Assembly: GCA_037189525.1 (NCBI GenBank)
Contig: JBBCJC010000005.1
Coordinates: 1,125,701-1,189,700 of the forward strand
Source: Gemmatimonadales bacterium
GTDB taxonomy: Bacteria; Gemmatimonadota; Gemmatimonadetes; Gemmatimonadales; GWC2-71-9
Direction of reading: 5' to 3'
Length of the DNA: 64,000 bases
The position numbers and the translations under genes are program-made. The number at the start of each line of letters is the position of its first letter. Position 1 is the first letter of the stretch. The notes under the pieces are model-generated. The model ran no database searches and had not been told where the DNA came from. It saw only the letters and a program-made list of their open reading frames with translations. Below are positions 50,472-59,751 of this stretch, in pieces.

Positions 50472-51584
50472 TTACGACGCGAGGTCGAGCCGCCAGGCGG
50501 CAAGGGCCGGATGGAGCACAGCGTGCCGGGTCACCGCCTCGACGAACGAGGCATCGTCGCCGGTCCAGCGCGACCGAACCTGCTCCCATTCGGCAATCAG
50601 GAGGGTGGTCGCGGCCGCTGCCATGGGGAACACCACGAGGTCATCGAACGCCGTGGTTTCCCCGCCGATCCGCGCAATGCCTTCGACCGGTCCGACCTGC
50701 CCCATCTGGACTGCGTAGTCGAGACCACCCTTTCGGGCCTGAGCAAGCATGGCTTCCGCTACGGCGGGCCCTGCCGACATCCCGGCGACGAACAGCATCC
50801 ACGCCTCGCCCCAGGCCGGCGCCACCAGGCGCGAGCGAACCTCGAAGGTTGTCGGGTCCGGTTCGACGGCCGGCGGGCCCGGCCGTTCCGGTGCCGGCGC
50901 GCGTTCGGTCAGCACCTGGACCCGTCGCGACAGGCGCCGCAACGCCTCGCCGCTCGACACCTCGATCAGATGCTCATGGTGGAGCCGCCACTCCACCTTA
51001 TCCGCACCAAGCGCACCCGCCGTCGGCTCCGGGTCCGGCTCGACTTCGTGCCGGAGAAAGCGGTCGAGCTCTTCGACGGCCGCGAGCGCGCGGGACTGGG
51101 CATCCGGATCGACGGCCCAGTCGCCCTCCCGCAGTTGGGTGCGTACCTCGTCGAGTTGTCCGAGGGCTGCCTGCAGGGAAAAGAGCGACGGCTTCCGGAT
51201 CGTCTCCATGGCGCGGGCAACCCAGTCCGGCAGCGCCGCCAGCGTCGTGGGGTCGCCCGGGCGAGCGACCGTGGCCTGGAGCAAACGATTGACCCAGAGC
51301 GCGGGGTTCCAGCGTTCCGGATGTTCGACGTCGAGGCGCTCGACCCGGGTGCGGAGCGCGCTGAGCAGGACGGTCCGGTCGATCTCCTCATCCAGCGTGT
51401 CGAGCTCGAGTTCTTCGACCGCACCAATCAGAGATCGGAACGCGACCGCATGCTGATGGCAGGTTTCCGCATCGAACGGCTGCAACGACGGCAGCGGATA
51501 ATCCCGACCAAACCCGAAAGCCTCGGCCGAATCGAAATGACTCCAGAGATCGGCAAAGGACCGGTACAGTTCGAGCAGCGCCAT
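50472..51584 (-). CDS. DUF885-like protein, shortened/degenerate
   Basis: N-terminal LD.LDEEIDRTVL and later AWGEAWMLF resemble DUF885; 1-nt coupling to upstream gene. Confidence 0.5.
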   Translation of the reverse strand: MALLELYRSFADLWSHFDSAEAFGFGRDYPLPSLQPFDAETCHQHAVAFRSLIGAVEELELDTLDEEIDRTVLLSALRTRVERLDVEHPERWNPALWVNRLLQATVARPGDPTTLAALPDWVARAMETIRKPSLFSLQAALGQLDEVRTQLREGDWAVDPDAQSRALAAVEELDRFLRHEVEPDPEPTAGALGADKVEWRLHHEHLIEVSSGEALRRLSRRVQVLTERAPAPERPGPPAVEPDPTTFEVRSRLVAPAWGEAWMLFVAGMSAGPAVAEAMLAQARKGGLDYAVQMGQVGPVEGIARIGGETTAFDDLVVFPMAAAATTLLIAEWEQVRSRWTGDDASFVEAVTRHAVLHPALAAWRLDLAS

Positions 51585-52561
51585 CAGGCGCCGCGGATCT
51601 CGGAGTCGTCTCCGACGCTCAAACTTCCGGAAAAGCCGGTCACGGACACCCGATTGCCGAGCATACTGGCACTGATACGAGCATCGGTGACTCGGCAGTC
51701 GTGGCCGAGCAACGAGTGGGACACGCTGGAGTTGAGAATCACGCTGCCTCGCTCGACCGTGACATTGGGGCCGACGGTAGACTGTTCGATCCGGACGCCG
51801 TCTTCGATCAGTACCGGTTCGAAGAAGGTCACCCCGGGATAGTCACCCCGTTTGGCAGCACCCTTCTCGAGCAGGATCTGATTGGTCTCCAGCATCGTGT
51901 CGAGTTTGCCGCAGTCATACCAGCCGCCGACTTCGGCCGTCAGGATTTTCCGGCCGCCGTCGATCATGTGCTGGAAAGCATCGGTGAGGTAGTACTCGCC
52001 CTTGTTCGGCGCGGCGGCAAGCGTGTGATCGATCCCGGCCCAGAGCGCGGCCACGTCGCGAATGAAGTAGAGCCCGATGTTGGCCAGCTTGGACACCGGC
52101 TCCGAGGGCTTTTCGATGATCCGGGTCATATACCCGTTGCCATCGGTGACCACCACGCCGAAGCGCTGATAGTCTTCGACTTCCTTGGCCCAGATGATTC
52201 CGTCGGCATCGGTCCGGTTGACCAGCGTCAGGTCGGCTTCGAACACCGTATCGACGAAAATGATCAGCACGGGACCGGTCACATACGGCCGCGCCAGGTT
52301 CACTGCGCCTGCCGTTCCGTCCTGGACCTTCTGCTCGATGAAGCGGCACGGCAAACCGTACCGGTCGGTCGCGTAGGCTTCGACCTGCTCTTTCAGATGT
52401 CCGGTGATGAAGATCAGCTCCGAGACGTCGAGTCCCTTGATCCGATCCATCACCCAGTCCATTACCGGGCGCCCGGCAACCTTGAGCATCGGCTTGGGCA
52501 CCAGGTGCGAATGGGGACGGACCCGGGTTCCCTTTCCGGCAAGCGGAATGATGACCTGCAT
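51584..52561 (-). CDS. Sugar-phosphate nucleotidyltransferase with left-handed beta-helix tail
   Basis: LAGKGTR.RP..PKP, EQ...GTAGA, FGVV, EKP, EYYLTD, WYDCG. Confidence 0.92.
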   Translation of the reverse strand: MQVIIPLAGKGTRVRPHSHLVPKPMLKVAGRPVMDWVMDRIKGLDVSELIFITGHLKEQVEAYATDRYGLPCRFIEQKVQDGTAGAVNLARPYVTGPVLIIFVDTVFEADLTLVNRTDADGIIWAKEVEDYQRFGVVVTDGNGYMTRIIEKPSEPVSKLANIGLYFIRDVAALWAGIDHTLAAAPNKGEYYLTDAFQHMIDGGRKILTAEVGGWYDCGKLDTMLETNQILLEKGAAKRGDYPGVTFFEPVLIEDGVRIEQSTVGPNVTVERGSVILNSSVSHSLLGHDCRVTDARISASMLGNRVSVTGFSGSLSVGDDSEIRGA

Positions 52562-52563
52562 GC

Positions 52564-52917
52564 TCAGCTCCTTCCGTACCGATCGTTGAGGCGAACCAAG
52601 TCGTCCAGTTCGGGGGTCGACGCTTCGAGAACGTCGCTGTCGACGACGGCCTCGATCTGGTGAATCAGCTTGGCAGGAATATGCACCGACTCGCCTGCGC
52701 GAAACGGCCGGGCTTCGAGTGTGCCATCGGCGTTGGCAGTGCGCAGAATCAACTCACCCGAAAGGACGTGCATGGTTTCGTCCTTGAGGTTGTGGTACTG
52801 CAGGCTGAGCACATGACCCGCGTTGACGTGCAACACCTTCCCGACGTAGCGATCCGTATGCGCCCAGATCAACTCGTATCCCCAGGGCTTGTCGACTCGA
52901 AAGGGGACTACCCCCAT
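52564..52917 (-). CDS. Cupin protein (type II mannose-6-phosphate isomerase C-terminal-like)
   Basis: KPWGYE, LSLQYH..K.E, H, EASTPELDD.VR..D.YGR; TAATG coupling. Confidence 0.85.
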   Translation of the reverse strand: MGVVPFRVDKPWGYELIWAHTDRYVGKVLHVNAGHVLSLQYHNLKDETMHVLSGELILRTANADGTLEARPFRAGESVHIPAKLIHQIEAVVDSDVLEASTPELDDLVRLNDRYGRS

Positions 52918-53501
52918 TATGACCTCGCAGGATGAAAGCGAAACGACGAAGGAGACGTCACGCACTTCCGTACGCAAACCCCGCACCCGACGCAGCCCTC
53001 ACGCCGCAATACGGGCCGTCCCGCCTCGTCCTGGACCAGTGCCTGCTCGCCCATGGGGCAGGCATCCACGCAGACACGGCACGCCGTGCCCGTAAACGTG
53101 ATACAGCGTTCCGGAACGAACTCGACCGTCCCCAAACGGTAGCCGGTCCACCCCGCCTCCGGAAGCGTCAGCGCACCCGTCGGACAGGCCGCTACGCAGG
53201 GCATGTCGGCACACGCGATACACGGCTCGATCGCGGGCTCCAGCGTCGGCGTACCTGCCGCCAGACCGCCCGAGGGCGGCACCGTGCGTATCGCCCCGGG
53301 AGGACACACCGGTGCGCAGGCACCGCACCGGGTGCAGGCCGCGAGGAACCCGACCTCGGGCAACGCACCTGGCGGACGGACATAGCGCTGCTGCACCACG
53401 CGATCCTCGGTCCGCTCGACCAGGTTTTTGACCCAGCGATTCAGGCCATCGCGCAGGACCTGCCGGCGATCGGACGGGCTATCGTGGTTCCAGACACTCA
53501 C
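52917..53501 (-). CDS. NapG/MauM/NapF-like multi-[4Fe-4S] ferredoxin
   Basis: RPPGA...F...CTRCGAC..VCP, CIAC...C...CP, C.....C..C...CP, CVGCGVC...C; GTGA overlap with upstream stop. Confidence 0.85.
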   Translation of the reverse strand: MSVWNHDSPSDRRQVLRDGLNRWVKNLVERTEDRVVQQRYVRPPGALPEVGFLAACTRCGACAPVCPPGAIRTVPPSGGLAAGTPTLEPAIEPCIACADMPCVAACPTGALTLPEAGWTGYRLGTVEFVPERCITFTGTACRVCVDACPMGEQALVQDEAGRPVLRREGCVGCGVCVRKCVTSPSSFRFHPARS

Positions 53502-54721
53502 GGGCGAAAATGCGGGAAGACGCCGGCCGTGATTCGCTCGATCAGCCCGGCAAAGATGAGGGGAATCCTGGGCTTGTCCGGTCCCTCGTCCGCTGGATTG
53601 CGCGGTTCTCCCGACGGCGCCGTATTGAATGCGGCAATCATGCCGGCCTTCCGGACGGGGTCGATATAGAAGAAGGCCCGAAAACCGGCTTGGCTTCCGG
53701 TATGCCCGACCAGCCGAACCCCGTTGTGTTCCCGGATGAAGAACCCGAGCCCCATCGAATCGCCTTCGGCCGTGCCGACCGTATGGAGCGGTCGCCACAT
53801 CTCCTCGAGGCTGGACCGCGCCAGCACCACGCTGGCGGACGGACCGATTCCGGGCGCCCCGGCGAGAAACTGGAGGTACTTGATCATGTCGGTCAGGGGA
53901 GCGTTGAGCCCGCTGTTCGACACGGTGATTCCGGTATCGAAATCGAGACCGTTCGCCTGGGGCCGGCCCGATCGCACCGAATAGTTGTTCGAGCGATACG
54001 GCAGCAGGTGATAGGGTGTCACGTCGAAGTAGCTGTTCGTCATGCCCAGCGGCTTGAGCACGTTCTTGTCGACGTAGACCTCGTAATTTTCGCCCGTCAG
54101 CCCCTCGATGGTCCGCCCGAGGTAGACGACGCCGGGGTTGGAGTAGCTGAACTTCGAGCCGGGCTGATAGATGACCTCGGTGTACGGCATCATCGCCACC
54201 AGCTGGGACCATTCCCGCGGCTCGAACGGATGCCACGGCCGGTTTCCGCCCCACGGCCACGTTCCTGCCCGAAACCCGGCAGAATGCGACAGCAACTGGC
54301 GAATCGTGATGGCGTCCATCGGCCCGAACGGGTTGTGGATAGCCCCCAGTTCCGGCACGTATCGGATAATCGGGTCGTCCAAACCGAGACGTCCGCGATC
54401 CCGAAGCTGCATCACAGCAATGGCCGTGAAGGTTTTGGTGATCGACGCCCAATGAAAGATGGTCCGCTCGTCGACCGGCCGGCGGGTGGCCAAGTCGGCA
54501 AAGCCATGGAATTCACGTCCGACGATCGAGTCGCCGTGGAAGACCATCAGGCTGCCGCCGACCACGCCTTCATCCGCTAACGTCTCGTGGAAGAACGCTT
54601 TGATGGGCGCCCATACGGCAGGCCAACTGCCCCGTTGCGCCATGAGCGCCTGAGCGCTGGCCGTCATCGAACTCACGACCAATCCAATCGACAGCGCCGT
54701 CCGGCACCACGCTCGCCTCAT
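53498..54721 (-). CDS. Exported serine hydrolase, beta-lactamase/class C-like
   Basis: SxxK (SITK), LLSHSAG, YSN and HTG motifs; signal peptide. Confidence 0.9.
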   Translation of the reverse strand: MRRAWCRTALSIGLVVSSMTASAQALMAQRGSWPAVWAPIKAFFHETLADEGVVGGSLMVFHGDSIVGREFHGFADLATRRPVDERTIFHWASITKTFTAIAVMQLRDRGRLGLDDPIIRYVPELGAIHNPFGPMDAITIRQLLSHSAGFRAGTWPWGGNRPWHPFEPREWSQLVAMMPYTEVIYQPGSKFSYSNPGVVYLGRTIEGLTGENYEVYVDKNVLKPLGMTNSYFDVTPYHLLPYRSNNYSVRSGRPQANGLDFDTGITVSNSGLNAPLTDMIKYLQFLAGAPGIGPSASVVLARSSLEEMWRPLHTVGTAEGDSMGLGFFIREHNGVRLVGHTGSQAGFRAFFYIDPVRKAGMIAAFNTAPSGEPRNPADEGPDKPRIPLIFAGLIERITAGVFPHFRP

Positions 54722-54874
54722 TGCCTGCTCCAGATGAAAGGCCTGCATGCCGAAATCTAACCGTAGGGCCATACGGCCCCCTTGGACCGTCGCGCCGGTT
54801 TCAGTACCTTGCAACCGCTGCGAAGTCGTGTCTGAGTCCTGCCGGCGCCTTCCCGTCATCCGAGTTCGTTACCC

Positions 54875-57532
54875 ATGCTGCTTCCGCTTGCTGTTTTACT
54901 GCAAACGCAGTCCCATGTGGTCATGCCCCGACCGGAACTGATGCACGCCAACGGGCGGGTGCCGCGGGCCGCCGTCGCGGTACGGACGCTCACTCCCCCA
55001 CGGATCGACGGTAAGCTGGATGACGCGGCCTGGCTCAACGCCGCCCCGGAAAGCGGATTTCGCCGCGATGTCCCCAGCGACGGGAAGCCGGCCGCCCAGG
55101 ACGCCGAGGTCCGGGTGCTGTACGATCAGGACGCGCTCTATGTGGCCGCCCGACTGTACGACGATCGGCCCGATCTGATTTCCCGGCGGCTCAACCGCCG
55201 CGATTCGTTTTCCTCGTTCAACGACATCTTCTTCGTCATCCTCGATCCGCACCACGACCATCAGACCCAGGTGGTCTTTGGCGTCACGGCCGCGGGAGAA
55301 CGCCGCGACGGAATTTCCACCGGCGACGGCCAGAGCGGGCTCGACATCGGATGGGATCCGGTCTGGGAAGCCGCGACCTCGATCGACTCGCTGGGATGGG
55401 TGGCCGAGATGCGGATTCCGTTTTCGCAGTTGCGGTTCTCGTCTGCTGCGAACCAGGTCTGGGGGATTCAGTTCCGGCGAGACAATGTCCGCGCGGGTGA
55501 AGCAGTCGACTGGGAGTGGTCGCCAGCTACGGAGCCGGGCGTGGTGTCCAAGTACGGGCACTTGCTGGGCCTGGCCGACATTCCCGCGCCCAAACGGATC
55601 GAGTTGCTCCCCTACGTGTCGAGCCAGGCGCGGCTGACCCAGGGCATCCCCGCCGGCAATCCGTTCGACGATGGCAGTGTCACGTCCGCAACCGCCGGCC
55701 TCGACCTCAAGTACGGCATTTCGAGCGCGTTTACCCTCAACGCCACCATCAATCCCGACTTCGGCCAGGTGGAGGCGGATCCATCCGTAGTCAACCTGAC
55801 CGCGTTCGAGACCTTCTTCGAGGAGCGACGTCCATTCTTCGTCGAAGGAGCCAATCTCTTTTCGTTTTCCGGCACATTCGGGAGCGACCGCTTCTTCTAT
55901 TCCCGGCGCGTCGGCCGGGCACCGAGCCTCTCGGCCTTGGGACGAGCTCCCTACGTCGATCAACCCGCCTCGACCGCCATTCTCGGCGCGGCCAAACTCT
56001 CCGGACGCACCAGCTCCGGCTGGTCGATCGGCCTGCTCAATGCGGTGACGCGCGCCGAATACGCCCGGACGGCGGAACTCTCCGCACCTGGCGCGCCGAT
56101 CGGACGGATCCCGATCGAGCCGCTGTCGAACTACACCGTGGCGCGCGTCCGCCGGGACTTGAATCGCGGCGCGTCGGGCTACGGCTTCATCCTGACCGGC
56201 GTCCAGCGCGACGCCGACTCCGTCGCCTTCGATGGGCTGCGCAGCAGCGCGGTGGTGGGCGGCGCCGATTTCTTCCATCGGTGGAGCCGCAATACCTTCC
56301 AGTTGAGCGGCAATCTCGGCGCCTCACGCGTCGCCGGCTCCGCAGCGGCCATTGCGGCGACACAATTGGCCTCGGCCCGCTATTTCCAGCGTCCGGATCA
56401 GGACTACATCACCTTCGACCCGACCCGGACCAGTTTGAGCGGCTATACGGCTCAGCTCCAATTCGACAAGCTGGGCGGCGACTGGACCTACACGGTCGGT
56501 GCGAACGTGTCGTCACCGGGCTTCGAGATCAATGACGCCGGTTTCCAGACCGAGGCGGATCGGATCCGCCTGGCCCTGCTGGTGAATCGGAACTGGCTCC
56601 GACCCACCCGGCTCGCCCGGCGCGCCAGCCTGGGCTTCCGTGTCACCGACCAGATGAATTTCGGAGGGAGCGGCCCCGGTCCCACCCTCGACATTTTCGG
56701 CTCGCTCACGACCCACTCCCTCTCGTCGCTCAACTTTAACGCGGGGTATCAGCTGCCCGGTCTCGACGACCGAGCGACCCGCGGCGGACCACTGATCCGG
56801 TCGCCGGGCACGCTGGCCGTCTCCGGCGGGTATAACCTCGACTCGCGCAAACTGGTCTCCGGCGGCCTGTCGCTTCGGGCGACGGCCGCCGACGACGGCA
56901 CCGACAGTTTCACCGCCTCGCTGCGCACGGTCATTCAGACTCGGCGCGGCCACAGCGTGACGGTCGCTCCCACCTATACGCGCCAGGGGTATCGCGCCTT
57001 CTATACCGCGGGCTACGCAGACCCGACCGCCTCAGCCACCTTCGGCCGGCGCTACGTCTTTGCCCCGCTCGAACAGCAGGGGCTCGGCATTCAGACGCGG
57101 CTCGAGTTCTACTTCACGCCAGCGTTGTCGCTGCAGTTGTATGCGGAACCGTTCGTTGCGAGCGCGGAGTTCGAATCGCCTGAGCAATTGCTGCGTGCCC
57201 GAGGCGGAGACTTCGTAGCCTACGGCAGCGGGGCGTCGACCCTAACGCGGAATCCTGCCAACGGAACGCTCACCGTCGACGCCGACGGCGCGGGTCCGGC
57301 GCCGGCATTCACCTATGGCGACCCGAGCTTCCGGATTCGCTCGCTCCGCAGTAATGTCGTTCTCCGCTGGGAGTACCGGCCGGGCTCGACGCTGTTCCTT
57401 GTCTGGAACCAGAACCGCGCCAATCTCGATCGTGATCCGCGGTTCCGCGCCTTGCAGGATCTGGGCAGCATCTTCGGTGACGATATGCGGAACGTGCTGC
57501 TGGTGAAGGGCAACTACTACTTCTCATTGTAG
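54875..57532 (+). CDS. CBM9-like + DUF5916 outer-membrane protein
   Basis: PRIDGKLDDAAW, W.AEMRIPFSQLRF, NPDFGQVEAD, FEERRPFF.EG, SRR.G, LRWEYRPGSTLFLVW. Confidence 0.85.
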   Translation: MLLPLAVLLQTQSHVVMPRPELMHANGRVPRAAVAVRTLTPPRIDGKLDDAAWLNAAPESGFRRDVPSDGKPAAQDAEVRVLYDQDALYVAARLYDDRPDLISRRLNRRDSFSSFNDIFFVILDPHHDHQTQVVFGVTAAGERRDGISTGDGQSGLDIGWDPVWEAATSIDSLGWVAEMRIPFSQLRFSSAANQVWGIQFRRDNVRAGEAVDWEWSPATEPGVVSKYGHLLGLADIPAPKRIELLPYVSSQARLTQGIPAGNPFDDGSVTSATAGLDLKYGISSAFTLNATINPDFGQVEADPSVVNLTAFETFFEERRPFFVEGANLFSFSGTFGSDRFFYSRRVGRAPSLSALGRAPYVDQPASTAILGAAKLSGRTSSGWSIGLLNAVTRAEYARTAELSAPGAPIGRIPIEPLSNYTVARVRRDLNRGASGYGFILTGVQRDADSVAFDGLRSSAVVGGADFFHRWSRNTFQLSGNLGASRVAGSAAAIAATQLASARYFQRPDQDYITFDPTRTSLSGYTAQLQFDKLGGDWTYTVGANVSSPGFEINDAGFQTEADRIRLALLVNRNWLRPTRLARRASLGFRVTDQMNFGGSGPGPTLDIFGSLTTHSLSSLNFNAGYQLPGLDDRATRGGPLIRSPGTLAVSGGYNLDSRKLVSGGLSLRATAADDGTDSFTASLRTVIQTRRGHSVTVAPTYTRQGYRAFYTAGYADPTASATFGRRYVFAPLEQQGLGIQTRLEFYFTPALSLQLYAEPFVASAEFESPEQLLRARGGDFVAYGSGASTLTRNPANGTLTVDADGAGPAPAFTYGDPSFRIRSLRSNVVLRWEYRPGSTLFLVWNQNRANLDRDPRFRALQDLGSIFGDDMRNVLLVKGNYYFSL

Positions 57533-57543
57533 AGCTGGAAACG

Positions 57544-57571
57544 CACGAGGCGGCCCGGAAGCCGCCTCGTG
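57544..57571. terminator. 11-bp inverted repeat between convergent genes
   Basis: CACGAGGCGGC-CCGGAA-GCCGCCTCGTG. Confidence 0.6.
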
Positions 57572-57581
57572 ATCTCTCATC

Positions 57582-59744
57582 TTACCGACTTCCCTGTCCT
57601 CCGGCAGCCATCGGCCTTTCGTCGCCGAGCCAGTGCCCGAACCATTGTCGCAGACGGCCCAGCCGATCGACCAGGAGCCACGGTTCACCGGTGCGCGACA
57701 AGTCGTGGGTCGAGCGCGGGTACCGAACGAACTCGGTCGGCACGTTGAGCTTCCGCAATGCCTGGAACCACTGCTCCGCATCGGCCATCGGGGTCCGATG
57801 GTCCTCTTCGGACTGCACGATCAGCGTCGGCGTGCGCACCTTACTGACGTGCCGCATGGGTGACAGCGAGTCATAGAGCGCCGCGCGCTCCCACGGCATC
57901 CCGAAGAACTCGAACTCGGTGAGTCCCGGCACATCGGACGTACCCCACCACGACCACCAATTGCTGATCATCCGGTCGGCCTGCGCGGCCTTGAACCGGT
58001 TGGTGCGCGTGGTGATCCAGGCCGTCATGAAGCCGCCGTACGACCCGCCGGTGACGCCCATCCGGGTGGAGTCGACGTCCGGCCGGCGCGCCGCGATGTC
58101 GACGGCGCGCATCAGATCCTGGTAGTCCTCGAGCCCCCAGCGCCCGCGGGTCGAGTAGGTGAACGCCGAGCCGTATCCGCTCGAGCCGCGCGGGTTGGTG
58201 AAGAGGACCCACATCCCGGCGCCGCTGATGTTGTGGAACTCGTCGAACCAGTTCTCACCGTAGGCGCTATGGGGGCCGCCATGGATGTAGAAGACGAGCG
58301 GGTACTTCTTGCCCGGCTGGTAGCCATGCGGCTTCTGGAGCCACCCTTCGATCTCGAGTCCGCCCACGCTCTTGTAGGTGAATCGCTCCGCATCGGGCCA
58401 GACGATTTCCTGGTTCAGCTTGTCGTTGAAGGAGGTCAGCTTCCGTTCACCCGTGCCATCCGCACTGGCGAGGTACAATTCGGTGGGCGACGTGATGCTG
58501 GTCCCGACGTAGGCCATGATACGACCCGCCGCGTCGGTCGAGGTGCCCGGCAAGCGCCGCCGTCCCGACACGAGTTCCCGCGGCGTCCGGCTCGAGGGGT
58601 CGAGCGAGAAGATCGCGTCACGCCCGCCAACCGATGCCCCGAAGAGGATCTCGCCACTCGGAAGCCACTCCATCCAGCTCGGCTCGTAGACCCAGGTGCC
58701 GAGCAGATTCACCGGCGTTCCACCCTGCGCATCGACCATCCAGATCCGCCGCGAGCTGGTGCGGGTCAGCGCCGAGAGGTACGCAAGCTTCGTCCCGTCC
58801 GGCGACCAGACGAGTTGCCCCTCCGTTCCGCTCGCGCTGGTCAGCCGGCGGGGCTCACCGCCGGACGACGACACGATGAAAATGTCGGCGTCGTTACGCG
58901 GCGCCTCGCTGCGCTTCGCATCATAGGGCGCACGCTGGACCGAGTCCTGTTCCGCCTGCGCCAGAGAATCGGACAGCAGTCGCGCGTGGGCCACGAAGGC
59001 GATCCATGCCCCGTCCGGCGATACGGTCACCTGCCGATGGGAGTAGACCGTATTGGTCAGCTGCCGCTTGGCGCCGCCATCCAGACTCCGGGTCCAGATC
59101 TGCGCCGGGTTCCATCGCGGCGCAAAGCGGGGAGCTGGAATGAACCCGCGGTTATTGAACTTGTAGCCCAGATCGATGATGTGGCGGCCGTCGAATCGCG
59201 CCGGATCGAGCGGAGTCGTGATGGACCCATACGGCGGACGCGCCATCGGCTGGGTCTTTTCGTACGGATCGCGCTGGGTGGTGTCCCGCTTCCATTCGAC
59301 CGTATCGGCCCAGACGACGGTCCGACCGTCGCGAGTGAACGACCCGTCGGGAATGCTGTCGACCTCGAACGCTTCGCCACTCGGCCCGTCGACTCGAAGC
59401 CCCCAAGTCCGCGCCCGGCTGTTGGGTCGCGTCGAGCTGAACAGCAGCAACTTGCCGTCGGGCGACCACCGCGGGTTCGAACTGTTCACGCTGGGCGACG
59501 TCATCCGCATCGGCGTGCCGCCCGAGGTGGCCGTCATCCACACTTCCGAATGCCGCTTGTTTTCCGCCTCGCGCACCGTGGTGACGGTAAACGCCACCCA
59601 TTTGCCGTCGGGCGAAACTGCCGGGCTCGAGACGTTGGTCAGCCGGTACCAGTCTTTCGGTGTGAAGGCTCGTCCCTGGCCGACCGCCGTGCCGGCCCCG
59701 ACCGAGAGAACTCCGAACGCAATCAGCGCAATTCGTCGATCCAT
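57582..59744 (-). CDS. Exported S9-family peptidase (beta-propeller + prolyl oligopeptidase/acylaminoacyl peptidase domain)
   Basis: SPDG repeats, IHGGP, NPRGSSGYG, GGSYGG nucleophile, D (EEDHR), H (STHD). Confidence 0.93.
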   Translation of the reverse strand: MDRRIALIAFGVLSVGAGTAVGQGRAFTPKDWYRLTNVSSPAVSPDGKWVAFTVTTVREAENKRHSEVWMTATSGGTPMRMTSPSVNSSNPRWSPDGKLLLFSSTRPNSRARTWGLRVDGPSGEAFEVDSIPDGSFTRDGRTVVWADTVEWKRDTTQRDPYEKTQPMARPPYGSITTPLDPARFDGRHIIDLGYKFNNRGFIPAPRFAPRWNPAQIWTRSLDGGAKRQLTNTVYSHRQVTVSPDGAWIAFVAHARLLSDSLAQAEQDSVQRAPYDAKRSEAPRNDADIFIVSSSGGEPRRLTSASGTEGQLVWSPDGTKLAYLSALTRTSSRRIWMVDAQGGTPVNLLGTWVYEPSWMEWLPSGEILFGASVGGRDAIFSLDPSSRTPRELVSGRRRLPGTSTDAAGRIMAYVGTSITSPTELYLASADGTGERKLTSFNDKLNQEIVWPDAERFTYKSVGGLEIEGWLQKPHGYQPGKKYPLVFYIHGGPHSAYGENWFDEFHNISGAGMWVLFTNPRGSSGYGSAFTYSTRGRWGLEDYQDLMRAVDIAARRPDVDSTRMGVTGGSYGGFMTAWITTRTNRFKAAQADRMISNWWSWWGTSDVPGLTEFEFFGMPWERAALYDSLSPMRHVSKVRTPTLIVQSEEDHRTPMADAEQWFQALRKLNVPTEFVRYPRSTHDLSRTGEPWLLVDRLGRLRQWFGHWLGDERPMAAGGQGSR

Positions 59745-59751
59745 ACGCACC

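Noticed and set aside
53502..54452. 511-aa ORF suggesting a large Fe-S fusion protein
   Set aside because: The upstream part is an off-frame read of the serine hydrolase; only 52917-53501 is ferredoxin.
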